Assembly: GCF_036321535.1 (NCBI RefSeq)
Contig: NC_087437.1
Span: 2,852,001-2,916,000 of the forward strand
DNA: 64,000 bases
Origin: Camelus dromedarius
Taxonomy: Eukaryota
Direction of reading: 5' to 3'
The notes beneath the pieces were generated by a model. The model was given only the letters and a program-made list of their open reading frames with translations, was not told where the DNA came from and did not search any database. The position numbers were made by a program, and so were the translations under genes. This document shows, one piece after another, positions 1-12,519 of this stretch; position 1 is the stretch's first letter; each line of letters opens with the position of its first letter.

Positions 1-997
1 GTGTCTGGTGGCACCAGACAACTCACCCTGGGGCCGTTTAGCCCCTGAGACCTCAGGCTGCTGGGGCCAGACCAGGAAGCCAGCATCTCTCCCGGGTTTT
101 GGCCCCTGCAGTGGGACTGGCCCACTAACCAGCCCACCTTCCAGGCTCCGTCCTGCCCCAGGCTTAGCATCAAGGGTCAAGGGGACTCCATGGCAGGGAG
201 AGATGAAACCCTCAGAATTCATGGCTCAACTCCAGGACTCAGGCCAGCACGGGGTTCCTCTTGCTCTGATGGCCCCCAGTTTCCATCTCCAAGTTCCTGC
301 CTTGGTCCCCAGCTCCGTGGCCCCTTCTTCTGGGGCTGGAGTCCTGCCTCTCCTGAGTCTTGGAGGCTGGAGTCTTATTCCTCTCAGTGCATTAGGTCCC
401 TCCTGCTACATGCACATCTACCCCAGCACTCACTGGCAGAGAGCAATGACGAGCCTCTGTTACCTGACACAGCTTCCCAGGGACAAGGACTTGGGAGCAG
501 CTTTGCTGGGAGCTCCGGGCTCCAGTCTCCAGTGAGGCTACCGTGAGGCTGTTGATGGAGGAAGTCTTGGCTGTTTCCTGCGGTCGGCAGTCAGTACTGG
601 CTGTTGGCCAGAGGCTGGGCTCTTTGCCGTCCAGACTTCTCCACAGGAGTGTCTGAATGTCCTTACAGTGTGGCAGGACTTTAAGTGAGAAATCTTGGTT
701 TCCTCTTTGGCTTCAGACACGGCTGGATCCAGGTACCCAAGTCATGTTACCAGGCATCTGTTTCTCTCCTTTTCTTGGATCTGCTTTTCTCTGTGATGAG
801 GTTAGAAAGATGCTCTCCAAGTGGTGGTCAGTGGACCAAGCTGACCTCCTTCCCAGTGGGACAAAAAAAAGTGTGTCTTCTGGAAAGTTCCAGCACAAGT
901 CCTCTGATTAAGTCTCACTCGTCTGGTTCTGAACCAGTCCCATAGCGATGGCCATGGAATTCTCTGAAGCCACTGGGCCTTCATTCTTTGCCCATTT
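1..997 (-). pseudogene. Candidate large exon, decayed, low-complexity/disordered peptide
   Basis: One frame from 997 to 242 (252 codons) has only 3 stops (908-910, 713-715, 392-394) and includes KVLPHCKDIQTLLWRSLDGKEPSLWPTASTDCRPQETAKTSSINSLTVASLETG. Acceptor-like ctcccccag/ctctag lies near 998-1010. Confidence 0.4.
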
Positions 998-1156
998 CTA
1001 GAGCTGGGGGAGTTGATTCTGCCCCATTCAGACCACACTAAGATTGGGAGGGGGAGGTTATCTAAAGAAAAATTGGCTGCATTTACCAGAAAAGAGAGGG
1101 TGGATTAAGAACAATGCATTGTCATTACATCCACTCACCAAAGTGCTTCCATGGCT

Positions 1157-1265
1157 GGGGAGGGTATAGCTCAGTGGTAGAGCATGTGCCTAGCTTCAAC
1201 CCCTAGTGCCTCCACTAAAATACATAAATAAATAAACCTAATTACCGCTCCCCCCCCCCCAATAA
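1157..1265 (+). mobile_element. tRNA-Ala-derived SINE (Vic-1-like), internally deleted
   Basis: Head ggggagggtatagctcagtggtagagc, tail aaataaacctaattacc. Confidence 0.85.
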
Positions 1266-1429
1266 AGTGTTATTACGGAGTGAAATAGCAGAAGGGGACT
1301 GAGCAGGTGATGGAATGTTAGCAGACAGGTGGACGACTCCCCAGTGGGATTCCACAAAAGGAGGGTTTTATCTGCCAGCTGGAAAGAATTCATAGGGAAA
1401 CCTGCTTTAGTTGCTTAAGGCTTCTTTGT

Positions 1430-1547
1430 TTGGTTGGGAGGATGAGAAGATAATTAGATTTACTTATATTTAATGGAGTTACTGGGGATTGAACCCAGGA
1501 CCTCATGCATGATAGGCATGCACTCTACCACTGAGCTACACACTCCC
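1430..1547 (-). mobile_element. tRNA-Ala-derived SINE
   Basis: Reverse complement of the family head and tail; flanking aggcttct repeats. Confidence 0.85.
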
Positions 1548-1829
1548 TCACAGTCTCCTGAGGCTTCTCATCTTCCTCTCATTGGCTGTCCCTTTGCAAG
1601 CTCCTTCCTCCCTCTGATCATTCTTCTCTTTGGTGGAGAGAACCCTTTGCAGAAAGAAGACAAGCAGGCAGGACTCTCAGTGTGGTCCAACAAGTTAAGC
1701 TGGTGGGACATTCTGCTCCCTTAGGGTAACTTTTTCCATCACTCAAGCAAAAGCATCACCTGAGGCATAGATTACATTTAAAGGATTCTCTAGGCAATGA
1801 GTTTCATTTCCCTGGTTCCCTGCCTCCTT

Positions 1830-2370
1830 TGTTGCAGAAAGATCGGCCCTGTCCCCGAGGAGCCAAATAACCCAGAGACCGGGTCTTGGAGCTTAGAAGA
1901 AAAGAGGCAGCTTTATTACTTTGCTGGGCAAAGGGGACTCACAGCAGGGTGGGACCTTCAAAACTGTGCACCACCTTGGAGATGGGGTGGAGTGATTGTA
2001 TATCATAGCTTAAGCAAAACAGCAATCAACAGAATCATTCCTCTTGTCACAAGGTTTCTTGCGTCAGGACGTCCTCAGGCAGCAGTTCTATAGAGACTGG
2101 TAGTTGTAACTTTTCCAGTCTTTTTAGCGCGTTAACACCTGTGGCGTGTTTCCCTTTTTGACAAATTAGCCTGTTTTGCAGGGTTACACTTCTGGGAACT
2201 TCTTCCTGGAGAACAACTCAGAGGCCAAACATGATTATAAATTTTAATTGCCAAAGTAAAGTTAAAAACAGTAAAATCAATAACTTTTGCTTTAACCATG
2301 ATGCTGGGGCTGGGAGCAGTGACTGGTCGGTCAGTCAGGTTTGCTGACTGTCCTAAGAGCAAGCAGCAAG
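1830..2370 (-). mobile_element. ERV solo LTR, family A (5' end replaced by the adjacent LTR)
   Basis: Homologous to 9238-9805, 42385-42971 and 49178-49756. Confidence 0.85.
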
Positions 2371-2880
2371 GGTTAGAGCAGGCAGACAGCTAGATATGAG
2401 CAGAGAAAGAGACACACAGACCAAATGGCATGACTTGGGCAGAAAGGAGGGGCACAAGCCAAATACACCACACATCATGTAAGCACCAGCGGTCCCTGGG
2501 CAGAGAAAGAAAACAGGAACCTTTGGGCTGATAAGTGGTCACACCTTTTGGGGTGATGAGTGGCCTGGAGACCGACAAAGAAAGGTGAGAAAAGGCAAGA
2601 ATTTCCAGTGTCCGAATGTAACCTTTTGCTCATTATGCCCTCATTTCAATAAAATTAGCCTTACAGATCAGAAGTACCCATCGTGCACTGACACCATGAC
2701 AAGGCTGATCCAGACTAAATAAGGACAAAAACCCCTCCTCCCCTCAGGAAGGTGGAGCTGGGATGATAATCAGGCAATATGACCCCAAATCCTTCCCTCC
2801 GCAATGAATATTCCGCCCATTCATTTTTACACCCTATGCAACTAACTTGCCAAAGAAACTCTTGGGGCAGCCGTGACCAG
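2371..2880 (+). mobile_element. ERV LTR fragment
   Basis: Abruptly interrupts LTR A; LTR-like U3 sequence. Family not identified. Confidence 0.55.
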
Positions 2881-3003
2881 GAACCCTGCCGCAGCCCCAG
2901 GTCCCTGGAGGTTTCTTCTCAGGGGACTTGGCAACCAGTCCCACAGGTCAGTCAGGCCTCTGGAGTCAGCAGTGTAACTGGCCCTCCACGCAGCCCCTGC
3001 ATT

Positions 3004-3259
3004 TTATCTCGTTCCATTTTGTCTTCCTTCCAGTTCCTGCCCAGGGCCCCTTGCAGGACAGCAGCCTGGGTTTGAAGGACACTCGTGGGATGCTTTGGAC
3101 GTGTCGCTCCTCAGTGCCACCAGACTTTTCCTTTCTCCTTGTGCTGCCTCACTTCTGAGTGTGTAGTCCGAGGAGCAGGAGCTGACATTCACGGGTACAG
3201 ACGCATCCGAACGAAGCCCGGAGAGCATCCTTCTCACGCACAGAAGGCAGTCTGAGCGC
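3004..3259 (-). pseudogene. Candidate exon RSDCLLCVRRMLSGLRSDASVPVNVSSCSSDYTLRSE...GTR*
   Basis: Acceptor ccgtcctcag. The phase-2 start matches the phase-2 end of exon 4653-4793. Open to TAA at 3004-3006. Confidence 0.5.
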
Positions 3260-3710
3260 CTGAGGACGGGCCAGGAGGGCCCTTTCTCCTATTTCAGGCT
3301 GCGTGTCTGGGGTGGCCTGTCCTGGGTCCGGGTCCCTAAGCCAAGCAGAGGGTTGCCTGGTATCATTTCCTTAATTTCCCTTTCTGCCGTTTCATTGTGA
3401 GTGTATAGAGGTGCAACTGGTTTCCGTGTATTAATTGGTTCAGGAGTGGAGTCACAACCCCGCGGACAGCCAGCACTTCCCAAAGGGGCTTTTTCTGGTT
3501 CTGTGGGGGAAAGGATCCTTTTCTGTTTCCTTCCTGCAGGCCTTGACCCTGCAAATACGCAAAACTGGTTTTGTTTTTTTTTTTTTTGTGCCAAATAAAA
3601 CCCCCAAGGGGCAGTCGGTTCTGAGAATGGAGCTGATGTGACATGGTTTCAGTCCCTGAAGAAAGTCACACTAGAAACTAGACAATTCCTGGACTTTTCT
3701 GTCCTGAGAC

Positions 3711-4245
3711 ATTTGGCTGGGGAGGGGGGGAAGAGCACAGCCTAAAAGTTGAGAATTATGTTTTTTTTGGTGGATATTTCTGAGGACTTGCACCCCCTTT
3801 GAACCTGGGATGGCAGCCTCTCAGATTGCTCTGAAGGGCCGCTCCGAAGAGGCAGGGGAGGGGTCGGGATATATAGGAGTTTTTGCAACAACGACCAGGT
3901 AGTTGGAACATCAAAAGATTACTATTAATTGAAGAAAACGAGACATCTCAAGTTAAGGAATTTAGCACTTTCCTATGTATGGGAAGGTGTAGAAGTCTGG
4001 GCTCACTGAAATCATTCCTTTGATCTGCATCTAGCTGCCTGGGGCCAGGGTCCTGTTCTTTCCCACCCTGAGTCCCCTCTGGGTGCACCGGCAGGGCGGC
4101 TGTAGTACCGAGGGCTGGATGGTGGGCAACCGGTTCCCACCCCAAGTCCCCTCTGGGTGCACCGGCAGAGTGGTTGCAAGGTGATGACTCGAGGCCTGCA
4201 ACATCCGTTGTTTACGGATAAGGCAGGCAATATTTTTCATTTGCA
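3711..4245 (-). mobile_element. ERV solo LTR, family C
   Basis: AGAC 4-bp TSD. Similar to 50241-50743. Internal duplication of agtcccctctgggtgcaccggcag. Confidence 0.85.
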
Positions 4246-4652
4246 AGACCCAGTAAATTCCCTGTTTGTCACATTTCTGTCACCTGCAAACAAGATGCCT
4301 AGTGGTGGTGTCCTGACACCCTGCTGTGCCGCAACAACTGAGGTCCCTGAAGGCCTGGGTGCCTCTCTTCCTGCCAAAAGCCCTGTTTCTTTCACACTAA
4401 ACCCTCATGTCAGCATTCCAGGTACTCCCTCCACCCTCTGGACTTACCTCTCCTTATAAGTCTGCGATGCATCCACCACCTACAGGGGCTGAGGACTGAC
4501 TGGAACCCTTGTGAAATTCTGTTTTACAAAATGTTAGCAAAAGGGCTCTGGGCATTAATATTTCCTCCTCTTGCTTCTCCTGCCCCCTCTTAAAAAAAAT
4601 CACTTCTGCAAGATAAAATTTGTCTTTTCTTTTAAAAAAAAAGATCAATTAC

Positions 4653-4793
4653 CTGGATTCACATCTTAAGGAACTAAAATACCCTTCTCTCTGGTGAAAC
4701 TGGGAGGACTCAGGGCTGGACTGGCTGCCTGTCCCCTGTCCTGTCCCTTTCCTTCCTCGGTCTTCCTCATCCTTGACTTTTGTGCGTCTGGTG
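4653..4793 (-). pseudogene. Candidate exon (141 nt) TRRTKVKDEEDRGRKGTGQGTGSQSSPESSQFHQREGYFSSLRCES
   Basis: Acceptor cctttcttcccag, donor CAG|gtaatt, open frame, phase 2-2. Confidence 0.65.
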
Positions 4794-5102
4794 CTGGGAA
4801 GAAAGGCAGTAACACCAACACCGGTGAGACGTTAACTTGACCTTGTTTTGAATCTAGGTTTACCACACACCAGTCTCATTTTCCATTGATTTGTGTGAGT
4901 GAAACAGATTTACTGTGGAGGAGATTAACCATACGGTACAGACACGAGGAAGGAAAACGGGGGTGAAGTGTATCAGGACGGAGGAGGAGAGACAGAGGCT
5001 GAGTGGGATGGGGAGGAAGGCGACATGAACTGAGGTAGAAAATATACTTGGATCAATCTTTGATCATAGTGTCAAATTTTAGTTAGATAACAGAATATTG
5101 GT

Positions 5103-5189
5103 AGGATTGCCAGATTTAGCAAATAGAAATACAGGACACCTGGTTGAATTTGAATTTTAGATAAATAAGATTTTGTTTTTTAGTCTAAG
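5103..5189. mobile_element. MER53-like DNA transposon relic, split by an LTR
   Basis: gattgccagatttagcaaatagaaatacaggacacc...; resumes after 5724. Confidence 0.55.
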
Positions 5190-5724
5190 TGTTACCCCAA
5201 AAGGAAAGGAAAATGACTCCAGTCCTTGTCTTACCCAAAAGATAAGACTGCAGGGGGGAGACGGTGCGCTGTGTAGCGAAAGATTTTAAAGGGCTTATTT
5301 AAGAAAAGCACCCCTCCAAGAACGGGAGGCGGGCTGATCCAGGGGCGGAGAGCGGTGGTCTCTGCCCCCTTCTCTTACAGCCTCGCTTAGAGGTGGTCTC
5401 TTGGTTGGTTGACGACTCTTGTCCCTGGAGTGCTTAGTCATGTTTGGCCCCTTTGCACGTGTCCTTACCCGTGATGCACACAGAAACACCCATGGAGGGG
5501 CCTAAACCGAGGTGTTAATTATGTTACAGTGAGCACTGGGTCCTGTCCGGTTAGGTCCTTCTCGCTACCGCACAGTTGCCGCTTTTGGGTTCTAACCGGT
5601 CTCTTGCTGGTGCCCATTTAGAGGATGTGAAGCCCCTCTGTGCTGGAGGTGGGCATCTCCTGGACCCTCCCCCCTCTCCTCCACCTTATCTGTCCAGTGC
5701 CCCAGCTTATCTGACTCCTTAACG
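5190..5724. mobile_element. ERV solo LTR
   Basis: TG...CG termini, TAAG 4-bp TSD. Confidence 0.8.
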
Positions 5725-5966
5725 TAAGTATGTCTGCTTCACTATGTGTGTGGCTATCCTTAAACGTATGAATGTGGGGATTTTTCTCTTCTAGGGTCAG
5801 CATTCTGGAACCTACAGGTGACAGTGACTTCAGCTCAGATCAAACCATGGTGTGGTTTAACTACAAGTCCCTGGAACAGACACCTTCAGCAGGTTCAAGT
5901 GTTCACATGTCTTACCTCTCATCTGAGCATTAGGATTGTATTTCTCTTTAAAGAAATTTTTTTTGA

Positions 5967-6112
5967 GGGGGTGGAGTTACAGCTCTGTGGTAGAGTGTGT
6001 GCTTTTAGCATGCACAAGGTCCTGGGTTCAATCCCCAGCACCTCCATTATAAAGAAACAAACAAACAAACAAACAAACCTAAGTACCGACTCGCCCAAAA
6101 TTAAAAAAAAAA
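5967..6112 (+). mobile_element. tRNA-Ala-derived SINE
   Basis: Family head, (AAAC)n tail. Confidence 0.85.
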
Positions 6113-6748
6113 TCTTTATTATGGAAAATTTTCAAATACACACAACAGTGGGGAGACTTGTCCTGAACTCCCACTTCCCCTGTTTGAAGTTGTTAATGCT
6201 TTGCCAATCTTCTGAAAGAAGGTGAAATCTTTTCTCCACTCCTTTCATTTTGCCTGAGTGTTTTTTGAAACATCCCAAACTTCGTGTCACCCTTAGATAC
6301 TATGTTTTATTTGAAAATCTTTTGTTTCCTCTCCTGGCCTTCAGTATACCTAATTGGCTTAAAATTGCCAAGATCCCACTTTTCGCCTCTGCCTTCCTTC
6401 GTGTGAAATAGAAAATATAAAATAATGTCTGTCTCCCTTCACAAGCTGACATCCGGCCATTGTCCGCTTCAGAGCATCCCTAAAATCAAGACTTTCCCAT
6501 AACTCCACAGCTTGCGCAGGATGCCAGGGATCCGTCCCCCACGTGCTAAGGGGCCCACGGACTGTGGTGGGTGGGAGGGGGGTGGGACTGGGATGAACAT
6601 TTGGGGGAGTTTTCTCTCAAACTCCCTTCCTATGAGAAATACTAATCTTTTCTCTCTTTACTCCTGGCTTTATGCTCCAGGCAAGTCTCCACTTTTAAGG
6701 GTAACTCTTGGGTCGTCTGATTTAACGTTTAAATATTTTTAGGAGTAG

Positions 6749-7168
6749 TGTTGGGGGACACAAGGAGGGCTGGCGTCATGGGTGGTAAAAGACTTTACCA
6801 AGGGAAATTTGAGAATAAAGGAAAGTTTATTAGGTCCCAGCTACAGGCAACAGCGGGCCACACAGACGAGAGGGGCCTGCGAGAGCCGCGAGGGTGAGTG
6901 TGCAGGGCCTGTTACTGGGGAAGGGCTGTGAGCACAAAGGGGAAGGGGACGGATTTCTGACTGGCTGTAAACGGGGTGGGGGCTTTGGTTCACAGGAGGA
7001 GAGACGATTTACGTCTCAGTAAGATGGAGACGTGGGCTGACAAAAGCAGGGTGGTGGAATTTATGATCCCAATAAGGAGCAGACGTGGGCTGTGACAAGT
7101 CGGCCTGAGGCACCGTGAGACTAGCCATTTCCCAGGGCTGTTAATTCTGCTGAGGCAAACGCCCCTCA
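6749..7168 (-). mobile_element. ERV solo LTR
   Basis: TG...CA termini, GTAG 4-bp TSD, tttatt near the left end. Confidence 0.75.
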
Positions 7169-7322
7169 GTAGTTTATCTCTCAAAGACGCCTAAGGGCTG
7201 GGAGTTTGAGGCCTGCAGGGCCTCAGCAGGCACCAGTTGGCACTGCAAGTAGGTTTCTCCTTTTTAAATATTCCCAGGATAAAGGAGGGTTGGAAGATGC
7301 TGAGGGCAGCATGGTAGAGGAC

Positions 7323-7502
7323 GGCGGTTCTCAGACTCACATATGCACAGCATCCCCTGGAACACTTGTTAAAACACAGGTCCTGGGCCCACCCCCAGAG
7401 CTTCTGCTGCGGTAGGTCTGGGACAGGGCCTGGGAATGTGCATTTCTGCAAGTTCCCAGTGATAAGCTGCCGGTCGCCCTGGGAGCACTGTGAGAACCAC
7501 TG
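7323..7502. mobile_element. MER5A-like hAT DNA transposon (similar relics near 8660-8815, 21200-21365, 23135-23320, 43300-43450)
   Basis: cggttctca...tgagaaccactg terminal inverted repeats and typical internal sequence. Confidence 0.75.
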
Positions 7503-8989
7503 TTCAGTAAAACTTGAAATCACACTGTATATAAAGTTTGGTTATATAAACCTGAAGAATGATCCTTATTCTGTGACCCTGGGCGGGTTACTTAACCTCT
7601 CAGATTTCATTTCCTCCTCTGCAATCAACACATGTTCACTTCTCTTTTTCCAATAGTGACTTGCTGCTTTTAAGAGCGAGGGCTCGCCTTTCCCTTGTAT
7701 TGTTTTGTCAGTGGCAAACTGGGATTGATTTTGCCTGTATTCACCTCTCAGAATCCAGGTTCATCTCCAGTGTGGAGCTGTGGGTGGACAGGAGCACTGC
7801 TGAGCTCAAGGGACTGTATGCAGGCTCCTGCAGGGAGGCAGTGAGGAGGAGGTGGCTGCAACTCGCTCATTCAGCCAGTATCTATCCAGCATCCACTGTG
7901 TGCCAGGCCCTGTTCCAGCTGCTAGGATACAGTGAGAGGGGACCGTGCCCTAGGGAATTTGCATTCTAGGAGGAGAGTTGGAAGGAAAAAGGGAGCAATC
8001 TTGGTGCGGCCCTAATGAAATAGGAAAAATACAGCAATGAGTCAGCCAGGTACAAATCTGTATCATTCTCTCATGGTTCTGGAGGCCAGAAGTCCAGATT
8101 CAGTGTCGCTGGGCCACAGGCAAGTTGCTGGCGGGGCCGGGCCCTCTCTCATGGGTCTAGGGAAGAATCTGCCTCCGTGGCATTTCCAGCTTCTAGACCT
8201 GCGTTCCTTGGCTCACGGTCCCTGCCGCCATTTTCAAAGCCAGCATGGATGGCATCTTCACACCTCTCTGCTTCCAACACAGCACCCCCTCCTTTTCCTA
8301 GTGTATCAGCTGGAGATAATGTGGGGGTGGTGAAGACGGCGGGTTGGAGGAGGGTCCAGGAAGGACGGGACTGGAATGTCTGAAAGCTGAGATCACAGTC
8401 TAACGCAGATGTTGCGGGAAGTTGCGTCGTCTTGCGGCCATGATGATGTACATTTGTTGGAAGATTTCCACGTGCCCAGTTTTACGGGTTTTATACGTGC
8501 CTATTTTAATTCTCACACTAACCCTCCGTCCTGTTCTACACATGAAATAATTAGGCTCCAAGTTCACCTGGCCCCTAGTCACAGGGTTAGTAAGCAGTGA
8601 CACCAGGATTGCCAGGCAGGCAGCCTGTGTCCAGGACAGAACCCAAAGAAGGCCTCGCTGCTCTGCGGTCCGAGGACTAGCACGCATCAGAAGCACCCAG
8701 GAACTTGTTAAAAAAATGCAGAATCTCAGGCTCCACCCTAGATCGGGCGAATCAGAATCTGCATTTTAACAAGAGCCCATGAGATTTCCATGCACAGTGA
8801 AGTCCGTGAGACACTACCCCCCCCCAGGCACGGCCCCTGAAACGCACGGAAACTAACACCGGCTGCTGCAGAAGCTGGTGGTGTGCTTCTCTTTGGGGTT
8901 TGTCTTAACAATATGAGGGAGCCCCATTAGTCTGGTAAGTGTTCGTTTGAGTAAGCAAATAACCATTAAAAAAACACTTTTGGGGGTGG

Positions 8990-9130
8990 AGGGCCGGGTA
9001 CAGCTCAGTGGTAGAGAGCATGCTTAGCATGCATGAGGTCGCGGGTTCAATCCTCAGTGTCTCCATTAAATAAATCAATAAGCCCAATGATCTCCCCCAC
9101 TAAAAAAAAATATAAATAAATACATTTAAA
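8990..9130 (+). mobile_element. tRNA-Ala-derived SINE
   Basis: Family head and A-rich tail. Confidence 0.85.
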
Positions 9131-9237
9131 ACGCACAACTTTATTACAAAAACAAAAACAAAACCCTCTTGAGTTCCATCTCCAGGCCTAAGGAAGGATC
9201 CCCACAGAGCACTCTAAAGGGCAGTTACCAGTCTCCT

Positions 9238-9805
9238 TGAAGGAGGATTAATAAAATGGCCACATTTAGGTTAACAGATTGCTTATTCTCATCCTTGCCC
9301 TTAAAACGGTCAACTGACCTGACTGACCGGTTGCTACTTACAGTTCCAGGCCCGTTGTTAAAACTAAAGCTATCGATCTTACTGTTCCTGCTTTATTCCA
9401 GTAATCAAAAGCTGTAATCATACTTGGTTTCTGACTTGTTCTCCAGGGAGAAGGTCACAGAACTGTAACCTTACAAAGTAGGCTAAGTACCAAGAAGACC
9501 ACACCTGGAGTGATTACGAGATAAAGAGATGGGAAGAGTGACAACCACTGGCCTCTATAGAATTGGTCTCCTGGAGGCATCATGACGCCCCTCTGAGACT
9601 TCTGATGAGAAAATGATTCTGCTGATCGTTATCGATGCTTTATTGTTTGAGCTCTGGCTGTATACCCACCCCACCCCATCCCCAAGGTAGGCTCACAGTT
9701 CTGAAGGCGTCAGCCTGCTGTGAGTCCCCTTTGCCCGGCACAGTAATAAAGCTGCCTCTTTTCTTTTAAGCTCCAAGACCCGGTCTCTGAGTTATTCGGC
9801 TCCTC
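9238..9805 (+). mobile_element. ERV solo LTR, family A, last ~25 bp missing
   Basis: Starts tgaaggaggattaataaaatggcc; AATAAA near 9745; reverse complement of 42385-42971. Confidence 0.85.
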
Positions 9806-10613
9806 CTGGGGGCTGAAATATTTGCTCACTCAGTTATGTATCAATTCTGTGTGCTGCAGGTCCAGGGTGATAAATTATGGATGAGCATTATTAAATTATA
9901 GCACTCTGCCTGACATCAGATGCTAGTGTCGGGCACGTTTGGGGCACTTCCATCATCACACAGCAGGGAGAGAGAATCGTGATTCTTGTGCTTATAAAGG
10001 AGGCTTATTCACAGAAGCTGTCTTTACCCCAAGTCCTTGCTGGGCTGGTACTCTGTTTTGAAGCCTCGGAGTGTAGTTTTGGCAGAGTCAAGGAATGGGA
10101 TAAACAGAAATAGAAGATGAAGTGTGGACTACAGTTTCTCATGGATCATTTACATCTGAATTAGCTAGTGCAGGTTAAAAACACAGATCTTTAGGACCCA
10201 CCTGGAAAATTAGAGTTTCTTGGGGCTTATCTGGAAAATTTAACTTTTAACACGCTCAGCAGGTATTCTTATGTAAATTAATAGTTGAGAATTACCACTG
10301 TATACCATCAGATCTAACCTTTTATGTGGATAAGGAGTCAGAAAAAGAGCAACCTAATGAGTTGCCTAAAATTTCAGTGCCCCACATAGAGTAGCGTTTT
10401 TCAGGAAAAGCCGGATACAGATGGATGACTTTTTAGCGGAGCCTTTGAGATCCAATAGTATCTAACGAAGGCAGGGCTAGCTGATTCTGAGTGGCTGCGT
10501 AAGAGATAGGCAAGTAAGTACTAAAGAAACAAAGTGAAACTTAAGAACATCTCTCATGTGCTGGATTTAAGGGGCCGTTTGTCACCAGGCACACCCAATG
10601 CACAGGATTTCAC

Positions 10614-10745
10614 CAGAGTTTAGAGAGTTAAGGCAACTGAGTTCCTTGAAAGACCTGATGTAATGCCACAAACTGCCAGGAGAGAGCAGCAGAGAGCTTC
10701 CGAAGGGGCCTGTGGAGTCTTCAAATTCTTTTTTTGGAAAATGCC
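10614..10745 (-). pseudogene. Candidate exon (132 nt) HFPKKEFEDSTGPFGSSLLLSPGSLWHYIRSFKELSCLNSLNS
   Basis: Acceptor ttttgtttagttctag, weak donor CTG|gtgaaa, open frame, phase 1-1. Confidence 0.45.
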
Positions 10746-10794
10746 CTAGAACTAAACAAAACAAAACAAAATGAAACAGAAACAAAAAACTTAA

Positions 10795-10882
10795 GGGAGA
10801 AGGTATAGCTCAGTGGTAGAGCTCATGCTTAGCATTCATGACGTCCTGGTTTCAATCCCTAGCACCTCCATTAAAAAAAAAA
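10795..10882 (+). mobile_element. tRNA-Ala-derived SINE (short form)
   Basis: Head plus poly(A); aaaaaact flanks. Confidence 0.85.
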
Positions 10883-11156
10883 CTATACCCTAAGGAATAC
10901 AAGACAGTGCAATGATTAAACACTGCCAGACGGTGTAATCAATCCTTGCTCAAGAAACTTCCGTGAACAGGAAGGTCAGTGAACGTCTGAGTGGCCAAGG
11001 AAGTGAGAGTCCATCTGAGTCTTTGTGGACACGTGATTTAGAAAGGCAAGTGCCCTCAGTGAGCCAAGGCAGGAGGCAGGAAAGTCCAGTCTGTTCCCAG
11101 ACCTGGGAGGGGGCACCCCCCTCACTCCACCCCCGTCTGCATCAGGGGCCTGGAGC

Positions 11157-11374
11157 TCATGGTGGGCTGGGGAACAAAGACATCTGTTTGAGCTTTGCCA
11201 AACTTTGTTTTGTCTGATGGTCTTCCACATGTTCCAAAGGAACAGGGTCCAGCTTCTTTAAGCGATGGGAACATATCATTCCCTTAGAGGAGTTGAACAC
11301 TGATGTCACAGGCCTCTCGAACAGGTAGCTCATGGTGAGAGAGTTTGCCAGAGGACATGCCATCTGAATTCTTC
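11157..11374 (-). pseudogene. Candidate exon RIQMACPLANSLTMSYLFERPVTSVFNSSKGMICSHRLKKLDPVPLEHVEDHQ...
   Basis: Strong acceptor ccctcccccccacag. Open frame to TGA at 11157. The 3' boundary is uncertain. Confidence 0.5.
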
Positions 11375-11733
11375 CTGTGGGGGGGAGGGCACCATCATTT
11401 TTACTCTGTGAGTAGCTATGATCTGCCCAGTATGTGTCTGGATATTCAAGATTATACCCAGAATTTTATGACGATGACAAAGCTTTTACTGAGAATCCAG
11501 TACGGTTAGCTATGCACTCACACAATAAAGGACATGAGTGACCCATCTTCTCCCCTCTAAGGGGCTGGCGGGCACCACTCACAATCGTAGTCCAGAGAGT
11601 AGTTAGAATGTAGCTGGGTCGACTTTCTTTGTATGTCCCCTCGCTCCTGGGATATTAGCTCCTTGCTTGTTGTTACTAATCACTGATAGGTCTTTTTGTC
11701 TTTGCTTATACACTAATTTAAAATAACATCTCA

Positions 11734-11937
11734 TACTGTACAGCACAGGGAATGATATTCAATATCTTGCAGTAACCTATACTGAAAATGAAAAAGAATA
11801 TGGAAAGGAATATACGTATGTGTACGTATGACTGGAATGTTATGCTGTACACCAGAAGTTGACACAACATTGCAAACTGACTCTACTTCAACTTAAAAAT
11901 AAATAAATAACCCTGAAATTTAAAATAAAATAAAATA
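11734..11937 (+). mobile_element. L1 3'UTR fragment
   Basis: ctgtacagcacagggaa...; TSD aaaataacatctc/aaaataccatctc. Confidence 0.85.
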
Positions 11938-12246
11938 AAATACCATCTCCTTTTCAAGCAATGTTTATAGAGGGCTTCCTGTCCCTCCTTGCACGTTCTG
12001 GAAAGCGCTAGCCTGCATCTGATTTGTTGACACAAGAGCTCCTGTTTCTCTGATACACGTGGTTTCTCAACTTTGCGTTTATTTGTTTACTTATCTGAGC
12101 AGGTTGGAAGATGAAACACTTCTGCAGCAGTAGCATTAGCTCCATTGGGCACAGATTCATATGGGAATGGAGATGGGGCTGGGACTGAAGCAGGAAGGGT
12201 GTGTCACCCAAGGAAACATCCCAGAGACCCTGAGAAATTCTCCTCT

Positions 12247-12375
12247 GGGGAAGGGTCTATCTCAGTGGTAGAGTTCGTACTTAGCATGCACCAGGTCCTG
12301 GATTCAATCCCCATTCCCTCCACTCAATAAATAAATAAACCTAATTACCTCCCCCTGAAAAAAATTTAAAAAAAA
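12247..12375 (+). mobile_element. tRNA-Ala-derived SINE
   Basis: Family head and tail; ctcctct flanks. Confidence 0.85.
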
Positions 12376-12480
12376 TTTTTTTAATCCTCCTCTTTTTTTT
12401 TTTTTTTTTGAAATCTTCTTCTCTGCCTGCTGTGAGGCTTTTAGTTAAGAGGCATTGCTATAGCTTCAGAATCTGGACAC

Positions 12481-12519
12481 TGTGTGTGTGTGTGTGTGTG
12501 TGTGCGTGTGTGTGTGTGT
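12481..12519 (+). repeat. (TG)n microsatellite
   Basis: Directly visible, with one interruption. Confidence 0.95.

Noticed and set aside
8..535. 175-aa plus-strand ORF (also 39567-40067 and 61440-61925)
   Set aside because: Non-ATG or context-free starts and no recognisable domain; best explained as antisense shadows of decayed coding DNA.
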